A stretch of 64,000 bases of DNA from Mizuhopecten yessoensis (lineage: Eukaryota), in NCBI RefSeq assembly GCF_002113885.1, contig NW_018408136.1, positions 272,406-336,405 on the forward strand. Direction: 5' to 3'. The notes beneath the pieces are model-generated. The model worked only from the letters and a program-made list of their open reading frames with translations, made no database searches and was not told the DNA's origin. Of the stretch, positions 51,701-64,000 are shown piece after piece. Both the position numbers and the translations under genes were made by a program. How positions within the stretch are numbered: position 1 is the stretch's first letter; the number at the start of each line of letters is the position of its first letter.

Positions 51701-54700
51701 AGATAAGAACAGAACCATCTCCAGTGTACCCCCTAACCCAGAGATAAGAACAGTGCCATCCCAAGTGTAGACCATAACCCAGAGATCAGAATAGTCCCAT
51801 CCCAAATGCAAACCATAACCCAGAGATCAAAAAAGTCCCATCCCCAGGGTAAACCCTAACCTAAAGATCAGGATAGTGCCATCCCAAATGTAAACAATAA
51901 CCCAGAGATCAGAACAGCCCCATCCCCAGTGTAAACACTAAACTAGAGATCGGAATAGTCCCATCCCAAGTGTAAACCTTAAACCAGAGATCAGAAAAGT
52001 GCCATCCCAAGTGTACACCGTAACCCAGAGATCACAAAAGTCCCATCCCCACTGTAACCCCTAACCCAGCGATCAGAACAGAACCATCACCAGTGTAACC
52101 CCTAACCCAGCGATCAGAACAGAACCATTGTAACCCCCTAACCCAGAGATCAGACCAGCCCCATCCCCAGTATAACCCCTAACCCAGAGATCGGAACAGT
52201 CCCCGCGTAAGCCCTTACCCCAGAGATCAAAACAGTCCCCGTGTAACTCCTAACCCAAAGATCAGAACAGTCCCCACCCAACCCATTACCCCAAAGATCA
52301 GAACAGTCCCCTGCCCATTGTAACCCCTAACCCAGCGATCAGAACAGAACCATCCCCAGTGTAACTCCTAGCCCAGAGATCAGAAAAGTGCCATCCCAAG
52401 TGTACACCGTAACCCAGAGATCACAAAAGTCCCATCCCCACTGTAACCCCTAACCCAGAGATAAGAACAGTGCCATCCCCAGTGTAAACCTTAACCCAGA
52501 GTTCATAACAGTGCCATCCCCAGCGTAACCCCCTAACCCAGAGAAAAGAACAGTGCCATCCCCAGTTTAACCCCCTAACCAAGAGATCATAACAGTCCAA
52601 TCCCCAGAGATCATAACAGTCCAATCCCCAGAGATCATAACAGTCCAATCCCCAGAGATCATAACAGTCCCTGTGTAACTCCTAACCCAGAGACCATAAC
52701 AGTCCCCACGTAACCCATTACCCCAAAGATCAGAACAGGCCGCGTGTAACTCCTAACCCAGAGATCATAACCGTCCCCACGTAACCCATTACCCCAGAGA
52801 GCATAACAGTCCCCGTGTAACTCCTACCCCAGAGATCAGAACAGCCCCATCCCCAGTGTAACCCTAACCTAGAGATTAGAATAGTTCCATCCAAAGCGTA
52901 AACCATAACCCAGAGAATAGAACAGTCCCATCACCAGTGTAAACCCTAACCCAGAAATCAGAACAGAACCATCTCCAGTGTACCCCCTAACCCAGCGATC
53001 AGAACAGAACCATCTCCAGTGTAACCCCTAACCCGGAGATCAGAACAGTCCCCTGCCCATTGTAACCCCTAAGCCTAACCCAGAGATCAGACCAGCCCCA
53101 TCCCCAGTATAACCCCTAACCCAGAGATTAGAACCATCCCCAGTGTAACTCCTAGCCCAGAGATCAGAACAGCCCCATCCCCAGTGTAAACACTAAACTA
53201 GAGATCGGAATAGTCCCATCCCAAATGCAAACCATAACCCAGAGAATAGAACAGTCCCATCCCGAGTGTAAACCATAACCCAGAGATCAGTAACCCCTAA
53301 CCCAGAGAATAGAACAGTCCCATCACCAGTGTAAACCCTAACTTAGAGATCAGAACAGTGCCGTCCCCAGTTTAACCCCCCAACCAAAAGATCAGAATAG
53401 TTCCATCCCAAGTGTAAACAATAACACAGAGATCAGAAAAGTCCCATCCCCTGTGTAACCCCTAACCCAGCGATCAGAACAGAACCATCACCAGTGTAAC
53501 CCCTAACCCGGAGATCAGAACAGTCCCCTGCCCATTGTAACCCCTAACCCAGCGATCAGAACAGAACCATCACCAGTGTAACCCCTAACCAAGAGATCAT
53601 AACAGTCCCCGTGTAACTCCTAACCCAGAGATCAGAACAGTCCCATCCCCAGTGTAACCCTTAACCCAGAGTTCAGAACAGTGCCATCCCCAGTGTAACC
53701 CCTTACCCAGAGATCAGAACAGTCCCATCCCCATTGTAACCCCTAACCCAGAGATCCGAAAAGTCACATCCCCAGTGTAACCCCTAACCCAGAGATCAGA
53801 ACAGTCCCATCCCCAGTGTAACCCCTGACCCAGAGATCAGAACAGTCCCATCCCCAGTGTAAACCCTAACCTCGAGATCAGAATAGTGCCATCCCAAGTG
53901 TAAACCCTAACCCAGAGATCATAACAGTCCCTGTGTAACTCCTAACCCAGAGATCATAACAGTCCCAGTGTAAACCTCTAACCCAGAGATCAGAACAGTC
54001 CCATCCCCAGTGTAACCCCTAACCCAGAGATCAGAACCATCCCCAGTGTAACCCCCTAACCCAGAGATCAGAACAGTCCCCGCGTAACCCATTACCCCAG
54101 AGATCATAACAGTCCCTGTGTAACTCCTAACCCAGAGATCATAACAGTCCCAGTGTAAACCTCTAACCCAGAGATCAGAAAAGTCCCATCCCCAGTGTAA
54201 CCCCTAACCCAGAGATAAGAACAGTGCCATCCCAAGAGTAAACCCTAACCCAGAGATCAGAAAAGTCCCATCCCCCCTAACCCAGAGATCAGAACAGTCC
54301 CATCCCCATTGTAACCCCTAACCCAGAGATCAGAACAGTCCCATCCCCATTGTAACCCCTAACCCAGAGATCAGAAAAGTCCCATCCCCATTGTAACCCC
54401 TAACCCAGAGATCAGAAAAGTCCCATCCCCCCTAACCCAGAGATCAGAACAGTCCCATCCCCATTGTAACCCCTAACCCAGAGATCAGAACAGTCCCATC
54501 CCCATTGTAACCCCTAACCCAGAGATCAGAACAGTCCCATCCCCATTGTAACCCCTAACCCAGAGATCAGAACAGTCCCATCCCCAGCGTAACCCCTAAC
54601 CCAGAGATCAGAACAGTCCCATCCCCAGCGTAACCCCTAACCCAGAGATCAGAACAGTCCCATCCCCATTGTAACCCCTAACCCAGAGATCAGAAAAGTC

Positions 54701-57700
54701 CCATCCCCCCTAACCCAGAGATCAGAACAGTCCCATCCCCAGTGTAACCCCTGACCCAGAGATCAGAACAGTCCCATCCCCAGTGTAGCCCCTAACCCAG
54801 AGATCAGAACAGTGCCATCCCCAGTGTAACCCCCTAACCCAGGGATAAGAACAGTGCCATCCCAAGTGTAAACCCTAACCCAGAGATCAGAAAAGTCCCA
54901 TCCCCCCTAACCCAGAGATCAGAACAGTCCCATCCCCATTGTAACCCCTAACCCAGAGATCAGAAAAGTCCCATCCCCATTCTAACCCCTAACCCAGAGA
55001 TCAGAACAATCCCCAGTGTAACCCCGAACCCAGAGATCAGAACAGTGCCATCCCCAGTAGAGATAAGAACAGTGCCATCCCAAGTGTAAACCCTTACCTA
55101 GAGATCAGAATAGTGCCATCCCCAGTGTAAACCCTAACCCAGAGATCAGAAAAGTCCCATCCCCCCTAACCCAGAGATCAGAACAGTCCCATCCCCAGCG
55201 TAACCCCTAACCCAGAGATCAGAACAGTCCCATCCCCATTGTAACCCCTAACCCAGAGATCAGAAAAGTCCCATCCCCATTCTAACCCCTAACCCAGAGA
55301 TCAGAACCATCCCCAGTGTAACCCCGAACCCAGAGATCAGAACAGTGCCATCCCCAGTGTAAACCCTTACCCAGAGATCAGAACAATGCCATCCCAAATG
55401 TAACCCCTTACCCAGAGATCAGAACCATCCCCAGCGTAACCCCTAACCCAGAGATCAGAACAGTGCAAGTGGTTGTAAGTGCAAAAGTCTGACATTACCC
55501 AGCAACCCCACACATTCTTTTGGTTTTGTGTACATGATATTGACTTTCCCAAGGGCTGGCCACACTCCCAGTGGTTGTGAGCACAAAAGATTGTCTTTCC
55601 AAAGAGATCATCACATGCAACACACTGCAGGTAATGATTTCTACAACAGGTTATAAAACACTGATACATGTTTCAAGACAATAACCTGGCCTTTTTCTTG
55701 CACTGAGGTTGTCTGCAGGTAATTTTGATCATCTCTATATATACCTGTTATTGCTGTCATTGCTTTTTGTCATGAGTGGTATCTAGAGGAATCCTGTGAT
55801 TTAATGATCAATCTATCTACAGTTTGTTGACATTTCTTTCCAGAATCCAAATGTCCTCCTTTGCCCCCAATTTCACAAGGGCAGATAACTCCAGAAAGCT
55901 GCAGTCAAGGTCGCCAGATGCCAGGCCAGGTGTGTAGTTACATGTGTAACCATGGCTACCAGATTCATGGTCCTGCAGCTCAGACATGTGACCTATTTGG
56001 ACATTGGACACTGGCTCTGAATACCTCCTGTGTTGGTAAGATAAGCAAACTTGAACATTCCAAAACTTGTATCATAAATCTAATATAAAGGGAAACTTAG
56101 GACAAATCTTCTATATATACATTCATAATTGTATGCTACAGTTGATAGCTGCGGTTGATTGTAGCAAATTTGTGTTGGTGTACAATTTAAGATTTATAAA
56201 TGGTTTGAATATATAATACTATTAGATGAAATACCTATATATATTTCATGTGATACAGGAGATTTGCAGTTTCTAGAAATCGGTAATATCTTAAGTTATC
56301 ACAAGAGACATTAAAGTTGTCAGACACACTCGTTCTCACGGTCACCCTGTTCTGAATAAAGATATTGTCGTCACAAAACGTATAACACTGACTAACAGGT
56401 GGACACAGCTTTCCAGAGTACTGTACCACACGACCTTTAAACTGTAAACTCACTTTTGAAGATGTGGAGCCACCAGTCATTATCTGCCCGGACGACATCA
56501 GAGTCCCCATCACTGAGGGCAACTTCACCTTCGTACACTGGCAAGACAAGATGCCAAAGGTCATGGACAATTCAGGAGAGGTCACAACTAAACCAACTGT
56601 TTGGAAGGAAAGTCCTGCTAAAATGGCTTCTGGTTACCATCAGATAGAGTTCATGGCTGAGGACAAAACAGGCAACCAGGCCTTCTGTACTTTAGGGATC
56701 CTGGTTGTGGGTAGGTGATGTGTGTATGGTAGATATAACCTTCTGTACCCTACAGCTCCTGGTAATGGATATATAACCTAGCTTGGTAGCCACAGTTTGC
56801 AACTATATGCCATCTGTATGAGATTTAAAAACAACCCATCTAACATAAGTAACAATGACAGTTTAACAACTAAATCCCTCATGTACACAGTATCAAAAGT
56901 TTATTAAATTATTTTATGTCATGTTATATATGATATTCCTTATGGCCTGAAATGTTCCTTAAGTTGCTTTCAATAAGATTGATACCAAGCGATTTAAGAG
57001 ATAAACATGTATTTATTACTGTTCCTGTACCAGAGAGAACTGTTCAGAACACCTTCTGTCCTGGCAACATAACCAGAGTTGATGTGGCTGGATACAAAAC
57101 ACAAGTTACTTGGCAACCACCTGTGTTCCTTGACAACAACAATGACAGTGTTGAGTTTTACTGTAACCCTCAGAGTGGAACTCTTTTCTCCATGGCAGCA
57201 CACAGTGTGTTCTGTGAACCTCTAATGCAGGGACAGACAGCCAGCTGTCAATTCTACATTAGTCTCACAAGTAAGCTTGGTTCCCATGATGTTGGTAAGA
57301 TCTGATAGATCAGTTTCACATGTAAGCTTGGTTCCCATGGTGTTGGTAAAATCTGATAGATCAGTCTCACAGGTAAGCTTGGTTCCCATGGTGTTGGTTA
57401 GATATGATAGATCAGTTTCACATGTAAGGTTGGTTCCCATGGAATCTGTTGCCTGTCAGATATTTTTTTTTAGATCTAATTACTATCAACTGTTGCACAA
57501 AATATATTACATCTGGACAAAAGAACAAAAGTTTCACGACACAAAATGTATCGATTAATTTATGAATTGTAGAAAATATTGAATTCTTCAATACTGTCAG
57601 CTGTTAAAAATATCAAGTTGTTAAAAATATCAAGTTGTTTATAAGAGGGTTATGTGTTAAGACATAAAGTGTGTATAATGTCTATCATCGGTGTTCCAGG

Positions 57701-60700
57701 GCGACAGTGTGACTACCCCCGACCACCTAGACACGGCAGCCTGATCTGTCCACAGACTTCCGACTATCTGATGCAGTGTATTGTACAGTGTAACGACCAA
57801 TATGACTTCTTTGACTTTCCCCAAGAAGTCTACAACTGTCAACTAAATGGCCAGTGGTCACTCAGCGATGGTCAGTTCTGGCCAGACTGCTCAGGTTGGT
57901 ATCAACAGTTTGTAAATTTATATACTGTTACTCTACAACATCTATGGAACAAAGCTTAGAGGACAAATATATTAAGTTTTCTTCTTCAGTGTTATCTATA
58001 ACATACTGTAGTTATAAGAACAAGATATTATTTTATCACATAATGTACTGTGTCAACCAGTGAATATACCCATGTCATATTTTTTGCGTATTAACCCATG
58101 TAATATGACCTATCAATCCTGTGATTGGTTGTAATTTTCAATTGTTTCAATTGTGACGTCAAGCCTAAGACAAGTATGTGACGTCACAGACTTACGTACT
58201 GGAGTCAAAATGGCGACTTGTTACATTTCAAGGTTGCATGAAAATTGTCGTTTTACACGAATAAATGCCACAAATCTCGTTTCATAAATCTCATATGAAA
58301 TGGAAACTCATGTAAGTTCCTATATACATTGGCTGAAAATTTAAGTACTAAGGGATGCTGAGTGATCATTGGAAAATTGTTTTATTGTATTCTCTGAAAG
58401 TTTGAAATTGGAGTTATATCCTGGAATTATAATTACAATGTATTGCCTGGTTCTTTATTATTTGATTTAAGCTATTCGCCCAATAATAGACTTTTTCAGG
58501 TTTATATTGCATAATCTTAAAAAAGACAACACAAAAAGTGATGATGTCATATGCTACAATGTCTGGTGCAGCATTTGTAGTTCTAACTTCTGACTGGTTG
58601 AAGTCACTTGGCGATGTAATAAATTTTCAGAAAATATGAATTAAAAAAACCCTTTTTAAATTGAATTATAATTAATGAATAACCAAGATTATTTTTGGGG
58701 TTATACAGTATATACCAAAAACACTGCACTTTAGTGCATAAACTTTCTGCTTTGTGGATTTTTTCTACAAAGCAATATCCTTCATCAGAATTTATTTCAG
58801 TGCACCAATATCTTAGATACTGTACTACAAAAATTATGTAAACTATATAAATAATTGACCTATTTATTGAACATGACTTTGACAGAGAAGCATTTCCCTG
58901 GGCTGGCAGTGATGCAGTCGGAGTATGAGTACTACTACTACAGCGGCGACTGTGAGGACGTGAAACAGCAGGTAGTGGAAAGGTTCCTCACCAAGATCAG
59001 ATCAGTTACACAGCAGATGTGTGGCAAAGTCCAGTGTGACACAGGGGAAGTCACTGTGAATTGTGGGGCAGTATCTCGCAAACGGCGTGCAACTGTTTTT
59101 GATACTGCTAACGAAAGAGACACATCAAGATTTAAAAGAGAATTAACTCATGCAGGAAGCGATAACTCCTCCAGCCCAGCAGATGATGGTCGACATGAGT
59201 TGACCGTTCACTTTGCTGTAAATGCTAGCGCTGAAACTTACAACAACACACTCCGAGGGCAGAGAATGATCTTACTGACATTGCGCCGGATTGAGATGGT
59301 AGTACAGCGCTACTTCGGGAGCGAGAACTTCACAGTGACTGACCCTGCCAACAACAAGTCCACAGATATGTTTCTGAGTGAGAACTATCACCCTATATAT
59401 GGCCGCAAGTTTGAGGACTGTGGCCGGGGCTTTGTCACCAAAGTGTTAAATATCCACTTTGTGTCCTGTGGTAAGTATCAGTATGTTTATTGGTGACTTT
59501 TGATTTACAAAATAAAATGACTTTGTCTTTAACAGTTTCTTTGATTGCTAAGAATTTCTCTTTATATATTTCACAAATTTCGATCGTACAATATTGGGGG
59601 ATAGATATTCGGAAAAGAATTATTAATCACTTGAAAAACATTTCAAATATTTACACCAAAAAATATGTACTCTCATGTAACGACCACATTGTAACACTTT
59701 CCATTCCTTAACCAGCTAGCTTGGAGAGTTTTGGACATTATAATACATTTTACCTCATCTTTATATCAGTGTGTCTAATTGGATGATACTGGTCCCATGA
59801 CGGGGCGATAAAAAACATCATGTCTCCCTCAAGTTTCCCTCATCATATTCCCTTTATTCAGAACCTCTCTAGGCATGAGCCACCATAATCTTGCTCAGAA
59901 TGATGGAAACAGACCACAACCATGGCATAACCTGATCATCTCTACTATTCTGTCATTGATAAAAAATAATCAGGCTATAAATAGTTATTGTCCTTGCAGT
60001 AGGGAATCACACTTCTTTATTTCTCCTTGATTAACCATGTTTCATGAGGGTGACCTGTGATTTCCGTACAGTAAGGACAATACATGTATAACATTCCCGA
60101 AAACTTGTAGTTACACATTAAAACAAACTGTACAACTATATTATAGTTGCCTGCCTTGTATTGTATAAATGAGGTACCTGCCGTGTATTGTACTATTCTG
60201 TCATTTTATACCCTATTTGCCTGTGTTATGTTGTAGTTGCCTGCCTTGTATTGTATAAATGAAGTACCTGCCTTGTATTGTACTATTCTGTCATTTTATG
60301 CCCTATTTGCCTGTGTTATGTTGTACCTTTCTATCATTTTATACCCTATTTGCCTGTGTTATATTGTAGTTGCCTGCCTTATATTGTATAAATGAGGTAC
60401 CTGTCGTGTATTGTACTTTTCTGTCATTTTATACCCTATTTGCCTGTGTTATGTTGTAGTTGCCTGTCCTGTTGTACCCTATTTGCCTGTGTTTTATTGT
60501 AGTTGCCTGTCCTGTTATACCCTATTTGCCTGTGTTATATTGTAGTTACCTGTCCTGTTGTACCCTATTTGCCTGTGTTATATTGTAGTTGCCTGTCCTG
60601 TTGTACCCTATTTGCCTGCGTTATATTGTAGTTGCCTGTCCTGTTATACCATATTTGCCTGTGTTTTATTATCTTGCCTTTCCTGTTATACCCTATTTGC

Positions 60701-63552
60701 CTGTGTTATATTGTAGTTGCCTGTCCTGTTGGAATGTTCCATGATGAGAATGAGGATACATGTAAGTCATGTCCACAAAGAATGTACCAAGACAAGGAGG
60801 GGAGTGTGGACTGTAAATCCTGTCCTGGGGACACTATGACCTTGACCTCTGGAGCAGATAATGTTACCAAATGTTTAGGTGGATATTGTTGTTTTTTTAT
60901 CTTGTGTAAACTCTGACCATTAGTATATATTGAACTAATCTATCTCTGTAAGAGTACGTTTTGAAATATCTGGTGTTTAAGACAACTTATGAACACATAA
61001 TTTATTTAATAGCAATTAAAATCTTGATTGATCTTTCAGTATATGATCTGTGGAAATAGCAAACAAATTGAACAGTTTGTATTGTAGTAACTTATAGTGG
61101 TGCTCTCATTGTTAGTAAAATGTGTGTCTTTCTCACTAAGAGAGGTGTCCCGTTGGGCACTACTCTTCGACTGGACTGGAGCCCTGTTCTCTGTGTGGTG
61201 TCGGGTCATACCAGGAGGTCAGAGGTCAGATGTCTTGTAAAGCCTGTCCAGTAAACACTACAAACATGCCGGGACATACAGAGACTATCGGCAGCTGTAA
61301 AGGTAGAGTCAGTTACATACAGAGACTATCGACAGCTGTAAAGGTAGAGAGTCAGTTACTTACAGAGACTATCGATAGCTGTAAAGGTAGAGTCAGTTAC
61401 ATACAGAGACAATCGACAGCTGTAAAGGTAGAGTCAGTTAAATACAGAGACTATTGACAGCTGTAAAGATAGAGTCAGTTACATACAGAGACTATCAACA
61501 GTTGTAAAGGTAGAGTCAGTTACATACAGAGACTATCAACAGCTGTAAAGGTAGAGTCAGTTACATACAGAGACTATTGACAGCTGTAAAGATAGAGTCA
61601 GTTACATACAGAGACTATCGACAGCTGTAAAGGTAGTCAGTTACATACAGAGACTATCGACAGCTGTAAAGATAGTCAGTTACATACAGAGACTATCGAC
61701 AGCTGTAAAGGTAGAGTCAGTTACATACAGAGACTATCGACAGCTATAAAGGTAGAGTCAGTTACTTACAAATAAATTAATTGATGCCACATAGCATTCA
61801 GATGTTCTACTTCATAAAATCTTTCATAACAAATCAATTTTATCAACAAGACAAGAAGATATAAAAGTGAAGGTGGTATATTTTCTGCCCTAAGAGAGGT
61901 GTAGTGCAGGGACATACAACTCCAGCTCTGGACTCCATCCATGTTTGCCTTGTCCTGTGGGGACTTTCCAGTCTGACACCGGATCACTCAGTTGTATTTT
62001 ATGTCCAAGCAATATGACAACACTGACTCCAGGGACTACTGATGTCGATGTCTGTCAGGGTAAGTATAGTTCTAACCTTAACCTTGCTAAAAAAAACAAT
62101 TGAATAAATCACTATGATTAAGTCTTACATATTGATTATTGGTATCATTGTGAATAAGTCAATGATAAAAAGACATAAATGTTTTAAAAAATATTTGTTT
62201 ATCTTCATAAAAAGTCCAAACATGTTGTTCTCCTCAGCATTTGACTTTTGTGAGGATATTACCCAGGACAGCTGTAACAATGGTGACTGTGTTTCTCTAG
62301 TGGATGGCTATTTGTGTGACTGTCACAGAGGGTACACTGGTGACACCTGTGATATAGAGATCAATGAGTGTGATGCTGGTCCTTGTCTGTACAACTCTAC
62401 CTGTCAGGACCTCGTGGACGGCTTCCTGTGTCTGTGTCAACCTACCTATACAGGTGAGGCAGTCAATGTAACGGTATACAGGTAAAATGTTACACCTATA
62501 CAGGTTCAGTTATTGCCCTGTATAGCCCTGTGAAGCCCTGTATAGTTCACTTATACAGATAAGGTAGTAAATGTTCTTAGTAATGATAGGTAAGCATATA
62601 GGAATTGTAACTTCAATAATTCAATTTAAGAAGAATCTTAATGAGTCCGAGTCTCAAGAAGACACTTTTTCACAAAATAATCAATAGTTTTTGTAGAAGT
62701 ATATAATTAACTTTGTTCCCTATATATCACATTGAACCTCTATTACCTACCTGGTTGTGTTAATGCTGTATCCTCTCTATGTTTCTATAGGTGAGAGATG
62801 TGAGACACGGGTGAGTCTGTGTGACTCCAGTCCCTGTGAGAATGGTGGGTCCTGTGAGGATACAGACCAGGGCTATCACTGCTACTGTCCATTTTCCTAC
62901 ACCGGGAGTCTTTGTCAGAGTTATCTCCCCTGTGCCACCAGACCTTGTGACCATGGTAACTGTGAGACTGTCGGCCCAAACTTCAGATGCAGATGTCATC
63001 CTGGATTTATAGGTAACAATTCAAAAACATTTCACATTTTTTTTATCATTATTTCAAAAATTCTGTTTTAGAGGATGAATATCCACAAGCATTAAAACTT
63101 TATATTTTTCAGCTATCATATCTATATCGTTAGGAGGCTCTTGATTAAAAAGCCTTTTTTCTATGATACAGCATCCATATAAATTATTTGAAAGAAGTGA
63201 CTAAGGGTTCAAAGTTTTGTGACACCAAGCATTTTTGTCTGCAATGGTTTGAAACCAGTTTATTACAAGATGTGAATTTTTTTTGTTATGTTTTTTTTTT
63301 ACAAAGGTGAACTCTGTGACCAGCCTGACCACTGTGTGTCCCGACCTTGTAGAAACGGAGGGACATGTACTTCCAGGCCAACAGATCACGTCTGTAGTTG
63401 TATACTGGAGTACACAGGTCTGGTTTGTGAGACCCCCAGCAATGAGACCTGTGTTGGGGTGGTATGTCTGAATGGAGGGGTGTGTAGAGTTGTCGACCGT
63501 CAACCCCTCTGTAGGTGTGTACCAGGCTATGGAGGTCAGCAGTGTGAACAAG
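45728..63552 (+). CDS. SVEP1: SVEP1-like secreted protein (signal peptide, vWA, EGF, ephrin-receptor-like Cys-rich, 3 sushi, 2 HYR, sushi, linker, 3 Cys-rich repeats, tandem EGFs), 3'-partial; join(45728..46442,46917..47069,47411..47566,47719..47937,48088..48279,55844..56035,56462..56710,57034..57270,57700..57894,58886..59470,60717..60878,61141..61302,61895..62059,62238..62453,62791..63012,63307..63552)
   Basis: Signal peptide MILKIFTLLLLVTSTLS; vWA with DLVFVLDRSAS (DxSxS MIDAS) and VFVLTDG; domain order matches the N-terminal half of SVEP1/polydom. All introns are GT-AG and phase 1. Orthology versus an invertebrate paralogue is not established, and the pentraxin domain is not reached in the window. 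Confidence 0.88.
48300..55465. repeat. About 7.2-kb satellite, roughly 41-bp unit (TAACCCCTAACCCAGAGATCAGAACAGTCCCATCCCCAGTG) with 35-42-bp variants and a telomere-like CCCTAA core; inside an SVEP1-like intron
   Basis: Direct repetition. Confidence 0.97.
57261..57441 (+). repeat. 51-bp repeat, about 3.5 copies, each containing an SVEP1-like donor (AGTCTCACAA|GTAAGC)
   Basis: GT at 57271, 57322, 57373, 57424. Confidence 0.92.
60135..60730 (+). repeat. Compound 90/43-bp repeat containing an SVEP1-like acceptor (CCTGTGTTATATTGTAG|TTGCCTG)
   Basis: About 9 copies of TTGTAG|TTGCCTG-like junctions, the last at 60716/60717. Confidence 0.9.
61274..61770 (+). repeat. 41-bp repeat, about 12 copies, made of the last 29 nt of an SVEP1-like exon plus its donor (...GCTGTAAAG|GTAGAGTCAGTT)
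   Basis: Period 41 starting inside exon 61141..61302. Confidence 0.95.
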
Positions 63553-63787
63553 GTAAGGTGTCCTTAGAATATTATCTGAGTAAGCTGTATAAGTTCTGTT
63601 TGGACTTATATGATTTCCTGGTTTTAATAAAAATATGATTTCCTGGTTTTAATAAAAGAACATAAAGCATAAAGGCTTAAATACTGAACTTACTGTGATC
63701 ACCCCTAACATTGACTTCTGATATGCAGTTATCTCCCCTTAAAATGCTCTTGTTTGAAACAGTGATCTCCTTGACCTTGTTTGAAAC

Positions 63788-64000
63788 AAGTCAAGTCAAG
63801 TAAATTTTATTAAAGTCAAAACATGGTTTAAAACATGGTAACACTAATAAGGCTTTTACAACCGACTATAACAACAAGTAAAACAAAATGTAAATGAAAC
63901 ATTAAATTAAAACATGCATGCATACTAAGAGATTTGCTAAAAAAAAAGGAGCAGCACAGCACCGAGGCAGTGGTTTCCCCTTAGAATGACTTTGATATGA
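63788..64000 (-). mobile_element. Possible 3' end of a non-LTR retroelement
   Basis: On the - strand, AATAAA followed by a (CTTGA)n tail; no ORF seen. Confidence 0.3.

Noticed and set aside
48300-55465. True telomere or pure interstitial (TTAGGG)n tract
   Set aside because: Only 1-2 imperfect hexamers per 41-bp unit, and the gene continues in frame on both sides.
58060-58326. Possible non-autonomous transposon with CpG-containing TGACGTCA motifs
   Set aside because: Could not define convincing termini or a TSD by eye.

Overview
This is AT-rich, intron-rich eukaryotic (animal) DNA. Gene content and repeat style suggest a mollusc, probably a bivalve; that assignment is inference. Four protein-coding genes can be reconstructed by hand from GT-AG junctions with consistent reading phases. 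(1) The first coding exon of a membrane-anchored JmjC/cupin-like protein on the - strand, continuing off the left edge. (2) A complete 12-exon CCDC149 on the + strand, head-to-head with gene 1. (3) A complete 7-coding-exon sorting nexin 16 on the - strand. (4) The first 16 coding exons of an SVEP1-like extracellular protein on the + strand, running off the right edge. Roughly a third of the window is minisatellite or satellite arrays, plus a tRNA-derived SINE and several MITEs. Most long entries in the ORF track are repeat artefacts. The main pattern is that at least nine tandem arrays are anchored on exon-intron junctions of three different genes. Each unit carries a copy of the splice junction, the array always extends into the intron, and the frame-consistent site is always the exon-proximal copy. 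One case has 23 intact decoy 3' splice sites ahead of the real one. Also notable are a 7 kb telomere-like satellite with one canonical G-quadruplex motif per unit and a 26-bp hairpin insertion with a target-site duplication nested in a MITE.
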